Shown here piece by piece: positions 1 to 17,039 of a stretch of 64,000 bases of DNA. A program made the position numbers and the translations under genes. The stretch is from the human T2T-CHM13v2.0 reference genome, Homo sapiens, in assembly GCF_009914755.1 (NCBI RefSeq), contig NC_060928.1. One strand, 5' to 3'. The notes below the pieces were generated by a model. That model saw nothing but the letters and a program-made list of their open reading frames with translations. It was not told the origin of the DNA and did not search any database. How positions within the stretch are numbered: the stretch's first letter is position 1; each line of letters starts with the position of its first letter.

Positions 1-111
1 TCTATAAATGGAGATGTGTTAGATTGAGTCCTCCAAAAAGCATATTCTAAAATGACATTAGACACCCAAAGGATTTACTGGGGGAACACTTGTGAGAGAA
101 AAAGAGGATAA

Positions 112-1001
<890 letters not shown>

Positions 1002-1699
1002 GAGCTAGGGACTTTGGAAGACCTGACAGCCAGTGACGTATGTCTGATCCCTGTGAAGGGGAGAGGAAAGGAAGAAGAGTTGAATTGGCACAGATTTGGA
1101 TGAAGCATAGTTTTAATAATATTTTAGCTAGGCTGCTGGACCAAAGTCACCTATCAGAGGAGTCTCCATATCACCAGAAGAGTCTTGCCTTTAGAGCCCT
1201 GCTTCAGTCACTGGCCGAAAGCAGCATGTGGGAAGTATGGTCTCAGAGTGAAGGACGTGGTGGATTCAGCGTACAATAGCTAGGTGATCAGTTAATTACA
1301 TGCTCAGCAGCAGATCTGAGTGGCACATTTTCATGGCTGCAACAGGGAATAAAAGTAGTACCTCCCGCAGAGGGCTAGGGAATTAGACAAATAGACTATT
1401 TGGAAGGGCACATAGAATAGTGAGGGCACATAGACTATAAGCCCTATATACGCTCTACTTATTTATTATTATTACCTCAAAAATACAGTATCGCTTTCTT
1501 TTTTTTAGTTTACATTTTTAGTATTTCACTGTATATAATGTCCTGCAGCTTCCTTTTATAATTCAGCGTTATGTTTATGAGGTCTCAGATTGTGTGTTAC
1601 GTATTATTCTTTTGCAAATATTTTCTCCCAGTCTGTGACTTGTCTTCTCGTCCTCTTGACATTGTCTTTTGTAGATCAGAAATTTTTCACTTTACTGGT

Positions 1700-2310
<611 letters not shown>

Positions 2311-3420
2311 TTATGTGTGATTTGTCTCATTTTGTTTCTTGCTCTTTTCAGTCAGCACAGGTTGTTGGGATAATCCATGTTGTTATGCATATATCTGGCT
2401 TTTTACTTCTAACTGTGATACTTCAAGTTACGCATCTACCTTAGTTTGCTCGTCTGTTTCCCCAGTGTTTGATATCCCGATGGCGTCCAACCACCTCCAT
2501 CATCATCAGTACTGCAATGAATGGAGTGAGACATGCCCATTCGTGGACCTGTGTGAGGATGTGTTTGGGGTATACACCCAAGAGGGAGACTGCCAGGCCA
2601 TAGATTATACTTGTGCTTAATTTGACTAAGCATTGCCAGACTCCTCTTCAGAATGTACATGAACCTACCTCACATCCGTAGTGCATAGTCCTATAATCTC
2701 TTCAAAATATTATTCAGCTTTCCCATTTTTGCCAGTCTAACGGGTGCAAAGTGATACCTCATAGTTGTTTTAGTTTACATTTCTTTAGTTTTTAATGAGT
2801 TTAAACAGCTTTTTTATATGTTTGTTAACCTCTTGGGTTTCTCTGTTGTAAATTCCCTATTCTTATTCTTTGCCCATTTTTCGACTGGGATTAATTCTTT
2901 CTCCTGTTCATTTGCAGGAGTTCCTTGAAGATTCTAAGTTAATTATTCTAGGTTAAACCCTGTTGAATTAAGCATTGCAGTTATCTTCTCCCAGTCTGCT
3001 ATGTGTCTGTTAATGCTGCCCATTGTGTCCTTTTTTAAAGTAAAAATCTTTTCTTTTTTCATAATCAAATTTATCAATATTTTGCCTGATAATTCTTGCT
3101 TTTAAAATTTGAATATTTTTTCCCATTTTTAGATTACAAAGATAGGTTTTTCTTCTGCTAACTTTATAGTTTTTACCTTTTCTGTTTAGGTCTTTAGTCC
3201 ATCTGGAGTCCATATTTGTATGCAATGCTAAGCATCCAGTTTTATATTTCTCCATTTGTAAAAGCAATTTTCCAACGCTATTTAGAAATAGTCTCTCTCC
3301 TTTAATTTTTTTAAAACCCCTATAGCTTTCTAGTATATTTTGTTATCTGGTGGGGAAAATGCTCCCTTTTATTCTTTATTTTTAAAAAGCAGATTACTGG
3401 AAAAATTACCAAAAAATTAA

Positions 3421-3765
<345 letters not shown>

Positions 3766-4660
3766 TAATACACACATACATAAAACAAAAATATAGTTTC
3801 ACAAATTATTATAAGGAAAACAACTGTGTAACCAAACTAGGTCAAAAGAAATCATCACTAGTTCTCCAGTATTCTTTCCCAAATATAAACTTCTCCCTCC
3901 CTTCAAAGAGCCATTCTTATAGTTTTAATAGTGATACTTTCTTTGCTTTCCTTTACAGTTTTATTATCCACATATCAATTCCTAAGTAATAGAACTGCTA
4001 TTTTTAACAGTATATAAATGTATAAATGTATTCAACATTATATTTTTAAAGTGATCCATTTTGTTTTAGTAGCTGTAATTTTTAATTTTTCATTGCAGTA
4101 TGGTATTCCATTGTTCCTTGGACCTTTATGCTTTCATGTAAATGGTAGCATAAATTTATTAAATTTCTCAAAAAAAAATCCAGCCAGAATTTTAACTGCA
4201 GTTGCCCTAAATATATAGATTTATTTAGGGAAAATATCCATGTATGTATAAAAACATTGTCCCAGTGAAGCATGTAGAATTTATCTTCATTTAATCCATC
4301 ATCTTCTATGTTTATAATTAGAGTCTAAAAGTGTTCTCTATAGAGATCTTGTGTTCTTTGTTAAATTAATTCCTAGATGCCTTATAGATTTGTTGTAGTT
4401 GTGAATGGTATCTTAATTTTTCCAATATTTGTAATTGTTTTTTGATATGGATAAATAATTTTGATTTTAGAAAATTATGTGTACAGTAACCATACTGAAT
4501 CTATTTTATTAATTCTAATAATTTATCGATTTTGTTTTTTTGTAAGTATTTGTATTACCTAAAAGAATGACAGTTTTGTTTCATTTTACTTCTTTTTGTT
4601 TCCATTTGCTTTATCCAGGGCTTCCAGGACTGTTAAACAGCAAAACAGCAACAAGAGTAA

Positions 4661-4996
<336 letters not shown>

Positions 4997-5263
4997 TAAT
5001 TCTTGAACCCAAAGGCAATGCATCTACCAAATACTGCTATAGATTGGCATATAACCCTAAGGAAATTCTTGTCTATCCCTGCTTTGCTGTTTAAATCATG
5101 AACTGCTGTTGAACATTATCAAATACTTTTTCTACATTAATGTAGCTAAGTATATAATTATTCTCCTTCAGTCTACTAATGTGGTAAATTATACTACATT
5201 TTGTTTCTGATGTTGAACTATCCCTGCATTCCTAAGATAACTTCAGCCTGATCATTAATTTTT

Positions 5264-5397
5264 TTTTCATTTCTGCAGCATCTTTTTTTTCCCAATAGTG
5301 TTTGGGGAAAAGGTCATATTTGGTTACATGGATAAGTTCTTTAGTGGAGATTTCTGCGATTTTCGTCCCATCACCTGAGCAGTGTACACTGTACCAA
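5264..5397 (-). mobile_element. 5'-truncated L1PB-type 3' end
   Basis: TTTGGTTACATGGATAAGTTCTTTAGTGG..CCCATCACCTGAGCAGTGTACACTGTACC; 16-bp TSD CTGATCATTAATTTTT. Confidence 0.85.
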
Positions 5398-5667
5398 CTG
5401 ATCATTAATTTTTAAATACACTGTTGGATTTAGATAGCTAACATTTTAGTTAGGTTTATAAGCAAAATAGGCCTATAATTTTTAAATCCTTGAATCTTCC
5501 TTACCTCATTTTGAAATCAAGAACTAATTTAGTCTCACAAAATCAGCCATTCATCTTTCTCTCTTTGTGCCAGCCAATTGCCTGTTTGCTTTCAGCTCCA
5601 TTTCTGTCCTTCTGTGTGCCCTGCCAGTACCTGGTTCACAGTAGAGACTTCATAAATATTTGTTATG

Positions 5668-5975
5668 GGCTGGGTGCAGTGGCTCACGCCTGTAATCCCA
5701 GCAGTTTGGGAGGCCGAGGTGGGAGGATCACCTGAGGTCAGGAGTTTGAGACCAGCCCTGGCCAACATGGCAAAGCCCTGTGTCTACTAAAAATACAAAA
5801 ATTAGCTGGATGTGATGGTGTGCCTGTAGTCTCAGCTACTCGGAAGGCTGAGGCAGTACAATTGCTTGAACCAAAAGGCGGAGGTTGCAGTCAGCTGATA
5901 TTGTGCCATTGCACTCCAGCCAGGGTGACAAGAGTGAAACTCCGTCTCGAAAATAAATAAATAAATAAAATAAAA
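5668..5975 (+). mobile_element. AluS element
   Basis: Full dimer with (AAAT)n tail; degenerate TSD ATTTGTTAYGG. Confidence 0.94.
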
Positions 5976-7780
5976 TTTGTTACGGTGGGGAATGCCATCA
6001 AATCAAAAGCGGGTCAAGCTCGAGTTGGTTTGGGCAGCTGGCCAGCATTTCACTGACCTCATTCTTCTCGGCCTTGTTGCCTGTTCATCCATCATCTGTC
6101 ATCTTGCCTCCAGATCACCAGCAAGAAAGGAAACTAACAGTTTCTGTGTATTGCCTTTTTGTTTTCTTGACTGTATCTTTTAAACATCAGAAGTTTTTAA
6201 TTATGATGAACTCCAGTTTATTAATTTGTTTCTGTTTTGGTTTGCACCTTCTAAGTATTCTAAGAAATCTTTGCCTAACCTAAGATCATAAATATTTTTT
6301 TCTACATTTTCTTCCGGAAGTTTTAGCTTTTACATTAATTCAAGTTAATATTTGTTTATGGTGTATATGGTCTTTTTTCATATAGAGATTCAATTATGCC
6401 AATGCTGTTTGTTAAAAAGACCATGTTTTCTCAACTAAATGGCCTTGGCATTTTTGTTGATAATCAATTGACCGTATACATGTGGATGTATTTCTTTACT
6501 TTTTATTCTGTTCTATTCATCTATCTCTATATGTCTCTCCCCATTTCAATATCACATTCTCTTGATTACTGTAATATTAATAGTAAGTCTTGAAAGCAGG
6601 TAGGGTAAACCCTCTCACTTTCTCCTTCAAACCTAAGCTTTTGTAAGTAAAAGTTGATTATTAGGTAATTTGGGAAATAAGCACCCTTCTCTATATATGA
6701 GCCTCAAACCATCTCTGTTCTTTTCCCTACTACTGAGCTTCACTGAGTTCAATGAAGTTAGAAACGGATGAGGGGAGGGATGGTGAAGCTCCCATCCCTG
6801 TTAGTTGGCAGACCCAACCCAAAGCACAACCCCAATCTTCCCAGCCAGTACCCTGCGTATGTCCATGTGACCCATTTCTGATTAATAAGACATGATATTT
6901 CAGCTGTCACATCTGTCACACAAATATTTCCCTTATGAGAAAATCTTGGCAAGAAAGGGATCATAAGTCAGTATAAATTCATCCCTACTATAGGAAAGAA
7001 TCTTAAAATTTACGTCTATTAATAGTAAATAAATAGTGACATCTTCATCCTTGAGGACATATTTTATAAAATTTTCCCCCTCTGTGATTCTTGTTCTTAT
7101 AAGAAATGCTACCTTTTGTGTGATTGATTACCAGGAATTCTATGGTAATGAATTATAGACTTCAAGGGTATTGGATAAGGATATGTCTAGCCCTACATAA
7201 GTATCATTTTACTACTACTACCAGTAATATAGCCTGAAAGTAATGACAATATAGTTCTGGATTGTTTTTTAAAAAAAACAAGCATTCTTCATGTGATGAT
7301 TGTTTCTCAAAGCAGTCCTGTAAGGCAGATACTGAGCTATCACAACAGTTAGATCATAAAGCCCCTTAAAATGATATTTCAAAAATTAAATCCAAGTTTC
7401 TCAAAGACATATGGCTGCATACACAGTGATTGCAGGTGAGGGCAAACACAGAGGTAGAATTTTTCCTGTGTAAGAATTAAAATCAGTGCTACTGTGCCCT
7501 ACAGTATTATAATTTCCAAATTAGTCAGTGTTCATTAACACACCCTACTGAATTGGGAATTCAGTATTAAACACAGACTTGATTATGTTTTTCTAAAAGA
7601 TCCCTAGACCAGACTCTGACTGATTGCCTGAAACAACATGATCTTTTAGACAACAACAACAAAAAGATAACTTGGGTTTTGACTGGTGACTTGCATGAGT
7701 TGGTGTGGTTTTTTAGGATTGCAGTGAGGAATAACTGTCTCAGGATGGTTTTGGAGTCTGACAACAGGAACTGCAGTCTT

Positions 7781-7819
7781 TTTTTAAATTATTATTATAC
7801 TTTAAGTTTTAGGGTACAT
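7781..7819 (-). mobile_element. Ultra-short L1PA 3'-terminal insertion
   Basis: Reverse complement reads ATGTACCCTAAAACTTAAAGTATAATAATAATTTAAAAA; flanked by TGCAGTCTT/TGCAGCCTT. Confidence 0.8.
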
Positions 7820-8296
7820 TGCAGCCTTCTTAAGAAGGGTGTGAAGCCTGGACAACACTTCCGTGGGTGAGAACACCTTTCCCTGACAAACAGGTCACTG
7901 TTCTCTTACACGGCTTCTTTTGCCTTTTGCATATCCTTCCTACCTATCCACCTCCCAACCCACTGCCAGCAGTTTTGTCATTACCTTTGTAGTCAGAAAG
8001 ACACACAGAATCCACTGGACTTGTGCAAATGTATTTTAAGTTTATGTCTTCCAAAATGTAAAGCTCTTTGTTAGCAAAATTGTACAGATCAAGAATATTA
8101 TTAGTCTGTCATTTTCTGGTGCTAAGCCATGGTTGTTGGCTGGAAACCCCCATACAGTTCTCAGTTTGCATAACACAAGTGGTTTAGAGTGTTTTTTGCT
8201 CCTTTTGAAGCAAAACTTCTGTTTTTAACAGGGGATTTCAAAATTCTTAGGCTAGCCTTTGGAAAGAGGGAGGAAAAGGAGCAACTACTTCTCATC

Positions 8297-9047
8297 TGTG
8301 ATGGTTGATTTTGGGTGTCAACTTGACAGGAATATGGGATACTCAGCTAGTAAAGCATTATTGATTCTTAATGCTTCGGTAGGCACTGAGCTTGTTTTTC
8401 TTCTGCTGAGAGCCAAACCCAAGTAGGTTTGCTTTTGATTAGAATGATTAGGCTGCCCCAGGGGTGACTGGGAGGGTGTTTTCAGAAGAGACTGGCCTGT
8501 GAGTCAGTGGACTGAATGAGGGAATATCCACCCTCAATGTGACCAGGCAGCATCCAATCAGCTGGTGGTCCAGCTGAATAGAAAGGTGGAGGAATGGGCT
8601 GGATGTTGTGAGAGGCTGAGGCAGGAGGATTACTTGAGCCCAGGAGTTGGAGGCTACCCTGGGCAACATAGTAAGACCCCAATCTCTTTCTAAAAGAGGG
8701 GTTGGGGGAGGAAGGATGAATTCTTGCTCCCTCTCTTCCAGAGTTGGGATGCCCTTCTTTTCCTGTCTTTGGATGTTCAAACTCGAAGTTCTCTGGGACT
8801 CCAACTAACGGCCTCTCAGGCCTTCAGCGTCAGACTGAGAGTTACATCAGCTCTCTTGGTCCTAAGGCCTTCCAACTTACACTGAGCCATGATACCAGCT
8901 TCTCTGGTTTCCCAGCTTGCAGACAGCCTGTTGTGAGACTTCTCAGCCTCTATAAGTGAGCCAATTCCCTAATAAATCCCTTCTCATATACCTCTCTGTA
9001 TGTGTCTGCTATCAGTTCTGTCTCTCTGCAGAATCCTGACTAAAACA
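8297..9047 (+). mobile_element. MLT2 (ERVL) solo LTR containing an Alu monomer fragment (~8597-8695)
   Basis: TGTGATGGTT..GTGTCAACTTGAC start, AATAAA at ~8971, CTGACTAAAACA end; 5-bp TSD TCATC/CCATC. Confidence 0.85.
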
Positions 9048-9074
9048 CCATCTGTGACTCCTTTCCCCTCATAT

Positions 9075-9920
<846 letters not shown>

Positions 9921-10395
9921 GTGACTTCAAAGTTTCATTGTAATTAAACTATTGTTTAACAACGTCATGTAGACTGTTTCACTAAGGGTGAATTCATATG
10001 TGATAGTTGTTCCATTTTATAATACATAAAATATTTTCAGTTAATTGACTACGAACTTACTCTTCGAAGTTGGACTAAAAAATTGTGGGACTGAAGAATT
10101 AAATGTTGTGATACATTGTTTACAACTGAATTATAAATATAAAAATAATACTGAGTATCTTGAGTCGAAACCAGAAGCACATTAAAAGACTGATACTCCA
10201 TGGCCAAGTAGGATTTATTCCAGGAATGTAAATATGGCTTTATAGCTTTAAAAAGCTATGAATATAATTCACCATATTAATAAGTCAAAAGAGAGAAACC
10301 ATATGATCATCATAATAGATGCCAAACATGGATTTAATAAAATTTAGCATTCATTTTTTTAATTGGTACTCACTGGTTATAGCAAGCATTCATTT

Positions 10396-10700
<305 letters not shown>

Positions 10701-10971
10701 TAAAACTCATTAACGTCAGGAATAAAATAGAGATGCCACTAATATATTAAGTGAAGGAATCAACTAAGAGCTGGAGTGGAGGCCACAAAAGGTTTATTTT
10801 TCAGGTGATTTTTGAACTATATATACAAAATTAATAGTCTGATTATACATAATAAAATTACCTAGTTTAGAAAACATATTGTCAGAAAACACACTAATTT
10901 ATAATAGGAACTAAAATGTAACTGACATCAGAAAACCTTGACGAGAAGGGTTATGTAAACAAAATGATCAG

Positions 10972-11278
10972 GGCTGGGCTGGTGGCTCACTCCTATAATC
11001 CCAGAACTGTGCGAGGTCAAGGCAGGTTGATCACTTGAGGTGAGGAGTTCAAGACCAGGCTGGCCAACACGATGAAACCTCGTCTCCACTAAAAATACAA
11101 AAATTAGCCGGGTATGGTGGCACACGCCTGTAGTCCCAACTACTCAGGAGGCTGAGGCATGAGAATCTCTTGAACCCAGGAGGCGGAGGTTACAGTGAGC
11201 CAAGATTGCGCCATTGCACTCCAGCCTGGGTGAGGGAGTGAAATTCCATCTCAAAAAAAAAAAAAAAAAAAAAAAAAA
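10972..11278 (+). mobile_element. AluS element
   Basis: Dimer with long poly(A); TSD AAAATGATCA. Confidence 0.94.
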
Positions 11279-11479
11279 GAAAATGATCAAATTTTACTGA
11301 GTTCTGTCGTCTGATTCCAAATACAATTAATCACTATTGTGGATATATTTATACATATTCACTTATATGATAAAGGTAAAATTTCAAAAAACATGGTAAA
11401 AAATTGATTACTCCGTAAGGGTTTTGGACAACAGGTCAGTTATCTGGGAAAAATAAAACAGATCAAGATTTCAACTCCC

Positions 11480-11800
11480 AAGCAGAATTGTGGTTATCAG
11501 GGGCCGGGGGTGGGGTAGAGTGGGGAGCCCTTGGTCCAGGGATACAAAATTTCAGTTAGACTGGAGAAATAAATTCAAGAGTTCTATTGTACAATATGTA
11601 GCTATAGTTAATAACAATGTATTATATACTTGAAAATTGCTAAGAAAGTAGATTTTAAGTGTTCTCACCACACACAAAATAATGATAAGTATGTGAGGTA
11701 ATGCTAATTAGCTAGATTAAGCCATTTCACAAAATATACATATTTTACAACATCAGGTTGTACACCATAAATATATATATATTTAGTTCTCAATTAAAAA
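11480..11800 (+). mobile_element. L1MA-type 3' end nested in older L1
   Basis: ATACTTGAAAATTGCTAAGA..GATTTTAAGTGTTCTCACCAC hallmark; TSD AAGATTTCAACTCC on both sides. Confidence 0.85.
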
Positions 11801-13195
11801 AAGATTTCAACTCCTTACACACAAATGTCTTCTAGATGGATCATGGATGCAAGTGTGACTGATGAAATGTCAGAAGTGCTAAAAGAAAAATAATGGATAT
11901 TTTTCCTTTAAGGGATGGCAGGCCTTTTAAAACAATATTACAAAAATTCAGGAACCAAAAAGAATAAAATTGATAACTTTGACATTTTAAAGTTCTGTGT
12001 TGCAAACGATCAAACAAAAAACAAACTCACAACTCACACTATAAAGAAGGAAGAGAGAGAGGACAAATTGAGAAATGTTTTTGCAGCATGATCTATAACA
12101 AAGGGCTGAAAATAAAAATATATCTTACATACAAGGAAGAACAAACAAAAGAAAAATGACAAAAGATAATGGACAGAAAATTTATAAAAAGAAGATATCC
12201 AAATGACCAATACATATATTAGATGGTCTAGTTTATTAGAAACCAAAGACCAGTCAAACAATATTAAAACCATCGTTGAAATACTTTTTTTTTTGTCCAA
12301 TTGTTAAATATTTTAAAAGATAGTAACATTCAGAGTTGGAGATGATTTCAGGAAATGGATACTCTCATATCCTATTGGTGTAAATGTAAATTAATATAAT
12401 ACTTCTAGAGTACAGTTTGGCAATATGCATAAAAATAACCCAAACTGCCACATATAGGAATTAATACAAAAGGAATAACTGAAAACATGAGAACAGCTGG
12501 AACCATAAGGATACTCACTGTGGCTTTGTTCATAATAGAAATTCAGAATCAGCCCAGATAATTAAGTAAATTATGGTACATGCATTCAGTAGAACACACT
12601 GCAGCCTGTAAAAGAGAAAAGTAGCTCTGTACTGATAGGTATGGAAAGATGTCTGGGACAAATGGTGGACTGAAAGGAAGCATGTTTCAGAACAGCAAGT
12701 GCAGTATGATTTCATTTATGTGAAACTGTGTTTGTCTATAAACGTGTGTATTTGCACAGAGAAATGTCTAGAGGATATTCACCACACTGATATCAAGCTT
12801 TCTCTATGGTGATGAATTTTAGGTATATGTTTACTTTCTTTTCTGTACTTTTCTGTTATGTGAGATTTTGTTTACATTGAGCACGCATTATATTTAAAAA
12901 CAGTAAGTTGGTTTTAATATATTGCCCTACATGTGGCTCCTTTTCAACATGGCAGTGCATGTGTTAGCAGTCTTGTACAGACATGAGAGCAGTGACCATG
13001 TCAACAGTATTTCTACCCTAAAAGCACACTTAGTCCTAAAGGAATACGTAAAAACAGCTTGGTGGCTAGAGGAAATACTGGAAGGTACATAGTACACTGG
13101 AAAAAAAAGGTGGTTCATATACACTCAGATAACTCCATTTCCCAAAATGTGGCCTCGAAGAGTTCAAGTAGCATTCACGTATCCCTTTTTAGAAA

Positions 13196-13334
13196 TTATT
13201 TATTTATTTATTTAGAATAGAGATGGTGTTTTGCCATGCTGGTCAGGGTAGTCTCGCACTCCTGGCCTCAAGCAATCCTCCTGTCTTGACCTCACAAAGT
13301 TCTGGGATTATAGGCATAAGCCACCATGCCTGGC
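13196..13334 (-). mobile_element. Alu monomer (FLAM-like)
   Basis: Single left arm with (TTTA)n tail; TSD TTCAYGTATCCCTTT. Confidence 0.85.
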
Positions 13335-14806
13335 TTCATGTATCCCTTTGAAACATTCTACCACCAAAATATCACATTTATATTCAAAAGTGACATTCAG
13401 TGTTCAGAAACTTAAATTTTTTCAATTTGCAGACATTCTTGTGGCGAAATATTAAAAAGTAATATATCACAAGACCAGAAAAGGCATTACTGTAAAGCAT
13501 CATTGACTCCCATGAAAGAAACATATCTGCAGCCAGAAGCCAAAGAACAGTATTATGGCAAGGCCAAGTTCATTGCACATCATTGCCAGAAACGTATTTC
13601 TGGCAAAGAAACAAGAATTGGTAATTGAACTACCAAATATATTTCAAGAGGTTATTATGTTCCAGAGAGAATTGAATACATTTAGAAGTAGATTTCGTCT
13701 GATTTTCCCTGACCTGAAGCATGTCTGAATGCCAACATCTATTAGGCAAGATCTCCATAATATTGAATGCAATAGAAGTCCTTTATATTTCTTATAAATT
13801 TTTACATATGCTTACTTAGGAGGGTTTTTTTTTTTTTGTATAACGATGTCAACAGACATCCTCTAAAGAAAATTTTGTCTTTACTAAGTTTCCTTGAAAC
13901 CATATACAGTCAATAAATTTGTTATTGTATTAAAACATGATTGAGAAATTTTAGACCCTGTCATCTTGAATTATATTTCTACCTGCAGCACTGTAACACT
14001 GTTTAGCTTGAACAAACTTCTTTATTTCTAGATTCTGTCAGCCAAATTAAAAAAAATTTTTAAAAAGATAACATTACTGTACTCCACAGGGAGCAGTAGG
14101 GTTTATGATGAGATAATATTGATAATTTATTTTGATCAAAAAGAAAAAAATACTATGAATAAACTTATTGTATATTGATAACTAAAAGGAAAAATATAGT
14201 TCCACAATGAAAAACATGTGTAAATTTAAATATTTTCAATATTTCATGTTCATAGATGAATCCTAGCTCAGTGCCTTGCCAAGGAAGATTAAAAAAAAAT
14301 TCAGTTTTAGAAAGCTCAAAGTTCCCAAAGTCAGAGAAATGCGAACAGAGTCAAGCTTACTCCATTGTTCCAATTTGTTCAGCTTTATCCATTAGGCTGT
14401 CACTAACTTCCGGCTTTTATTTTTTTTTCCCAGTAATGTGCGTAGGCCAATTTAGTACGAAAGCTACAGTGCAGAACCACATATTTTGAATAAGAGATTG
14501 AAAACAGAAAATTTGTTTCAATTAGTCAAACAGCTCTCTAAATTTTCTTTAGCATGGATGGAAGCACAAGGATTACCATGGGCTGCTAGTTTTTATTAGA
14601 ATCTAAAGTCATTATTGTAAAGTTCTAGTATCAACTTAGAACTTAAACATTTTCCCCAGGGACCAGCTACATCCCTATTTATAGCCCAAACTCTTGGTTT
14701 AATGCAATTTAGAATATCTACAACAACCACAACTTTTCTTTAGGGTTTCTTTCTCAATTTTGACAGTTCACTAGTCAAGCTCCAAAGAACTGTACAGTTA
14801 GTTGGA

Positions 14807-15007
14807 CTGGTGATTCTCAAAGTGGGCCATGTTGGAAAATGGAGAGTCAAACCCCTCCACTCCTCAGGATGGATGAGAGGAAAATAATTCAACATTATAT
14901 TTTTATGTTTTTGAAGGAAACACTTTGATTTTTGTAATAAAACTATAGAAAGCAAAACTTCAGGGAAAAACTACATATATATGTTGAAAATGATTGAGAA
15001 GCACTAG
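14807..15007. mobile_element. Probable hAT-Charlie MITE
   Basis: Ends CTGGTGATTCTCAA and TTGAGAAGCACTAG are inverted repeats resembling the CAGTG(G/C)TTCTCAA hAT TIR; ~200 bp. Confidence 0.5.
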
Positions 15008-15084
15008 CAAATACTGATAACTACTGTAAAGGAAGGAGAATGTAAAAGAACTGGTCATTTAGATGGAAGCAGAGGAAAATTTTC

Positions 15085-15424
<340 letters not shown>

Positions 15425-17039
15425 TCATACAGTACCCAGAGTGTTCTGTTCCAGTTTCCTCCTCCATTCCATACTTGTCTAGTTCATTAGCAAGCTGTGA
15501 ATTTGGATGGCTTAATCTGTGACTTGATTAGCTTGATTAAAGGCCGAGTTAAGTTGAAATATTTGGCACTGAATTTCAGAACTGAAACAGATAATCATTA
15601 CCCTTGCCAAGTGGCAATTCCAAAAGTTCACGGGTTTTGTTGATTGGGGCTGGAGGTGACCAGAAAAGTAAAGACGGGGAGATTTGGTAATAAGGACGGC
15701 GGTGGAGGGAGCACTTGGAGAGAGACAGAAAATTAAGAAAAATATACTTGATTTTTAAGTTTAAAAAGAACCACAAGATCAAAATTAAAAATCGTCATAA
15801 AATTGGATCTATGGTAACAAGTAGAAAATGCTGTTCACTACAATGCACAGGGATTTAACATTTTAGGATAACAAGTCTATTGCTGCCAGAAACTGGAATT
15901 ACAAAATAACAATCAAAAGCATATATAATTTGGAAGCAAATAACATAGGAAATACAAACATTTTCACATTTATACCCATCTGTTTCATAATAGCTATGCT
16001 GAACTCTTCGAGAAGAAACACATTCCTGAGAGAACAAATGGGGCATTCCACCTGTATTCCACGGAGGAAGACTTATTTCAAGACATAAGCAGAGCCACTT
16101 GTAGAAGGATACTGCTCTTATCTTTTTGTGTTTTTCATGACCTTTCTTTTCAGGCAATGTGTTGCAGTTTGGTCCCATAATATGCAACTAGGTTTGTCTG
16201 GGCTGACTTATCTGGGTTAAAATATTCAAAGTAATTCTCCATTTGCTATCCTTCCCAAAACACTTTGTTAAAAGTTATCAGTACATAGGTAAAATAGCTT
16301 AACACAGTGAAAATTCTAATTCAGAATAATTATCTGAAAGGCTTAAGTGAATTAAAATCTGATTTATAAAATTCTTTTTGATATCTACGAATGTATTTTT
16401 AAGTTCTCTCAAAATATGAGCTGATTCTCAGACATTTTCAAGGAGAGTTCCTTTTGGACCTGTTTTAACAAACAGGTAAAAATCATTTTTAATTAGTTCA
16501 TCATTCATATGCAAATAAATGCTGCTACAGAATTTCAAGAGTGCCTGAAAGGACTTCCTAAGGAAAGCTAATAGTTCCCTCGTGATTTTTTTCTATTTAT
16601 AGTTTATTTATCAAACACTTTCATAGAAAAAGTACAAAGATCGTGATCTTACCTATGCTAGAATTATCTCAGCTTCTTAAATACTGTTTATTTAATGAGA
16701 TTTTACTGGAATCCTCATCGTTAGTTTTATCACACAGGAATGGTAATTGTGTCATGTGTATAAACCTTCTGGAAAACATTCCAGACCTCAGTTCCTTATG
16801 GTTTGATTTTAGCTATTTCTAGGACATTTATTTTAACATTAAACAGGATTCTGAAAATTTTGTGGATTTAGTGTTGATTTGTCTAATGCATATTTGTCGG
16901 CATCTTTTTCCTCATAAGCAACATGTTGGGAGATGGTGTAGACAAAGGTAAGGATCCAAATCATCAGTTGAAAGTGACAGTGAGAATACTAAGGTTGGAG
17001 GGTGAAGCAGGCCACCCAGCAAAGTCCAGGCTGGGTCAG

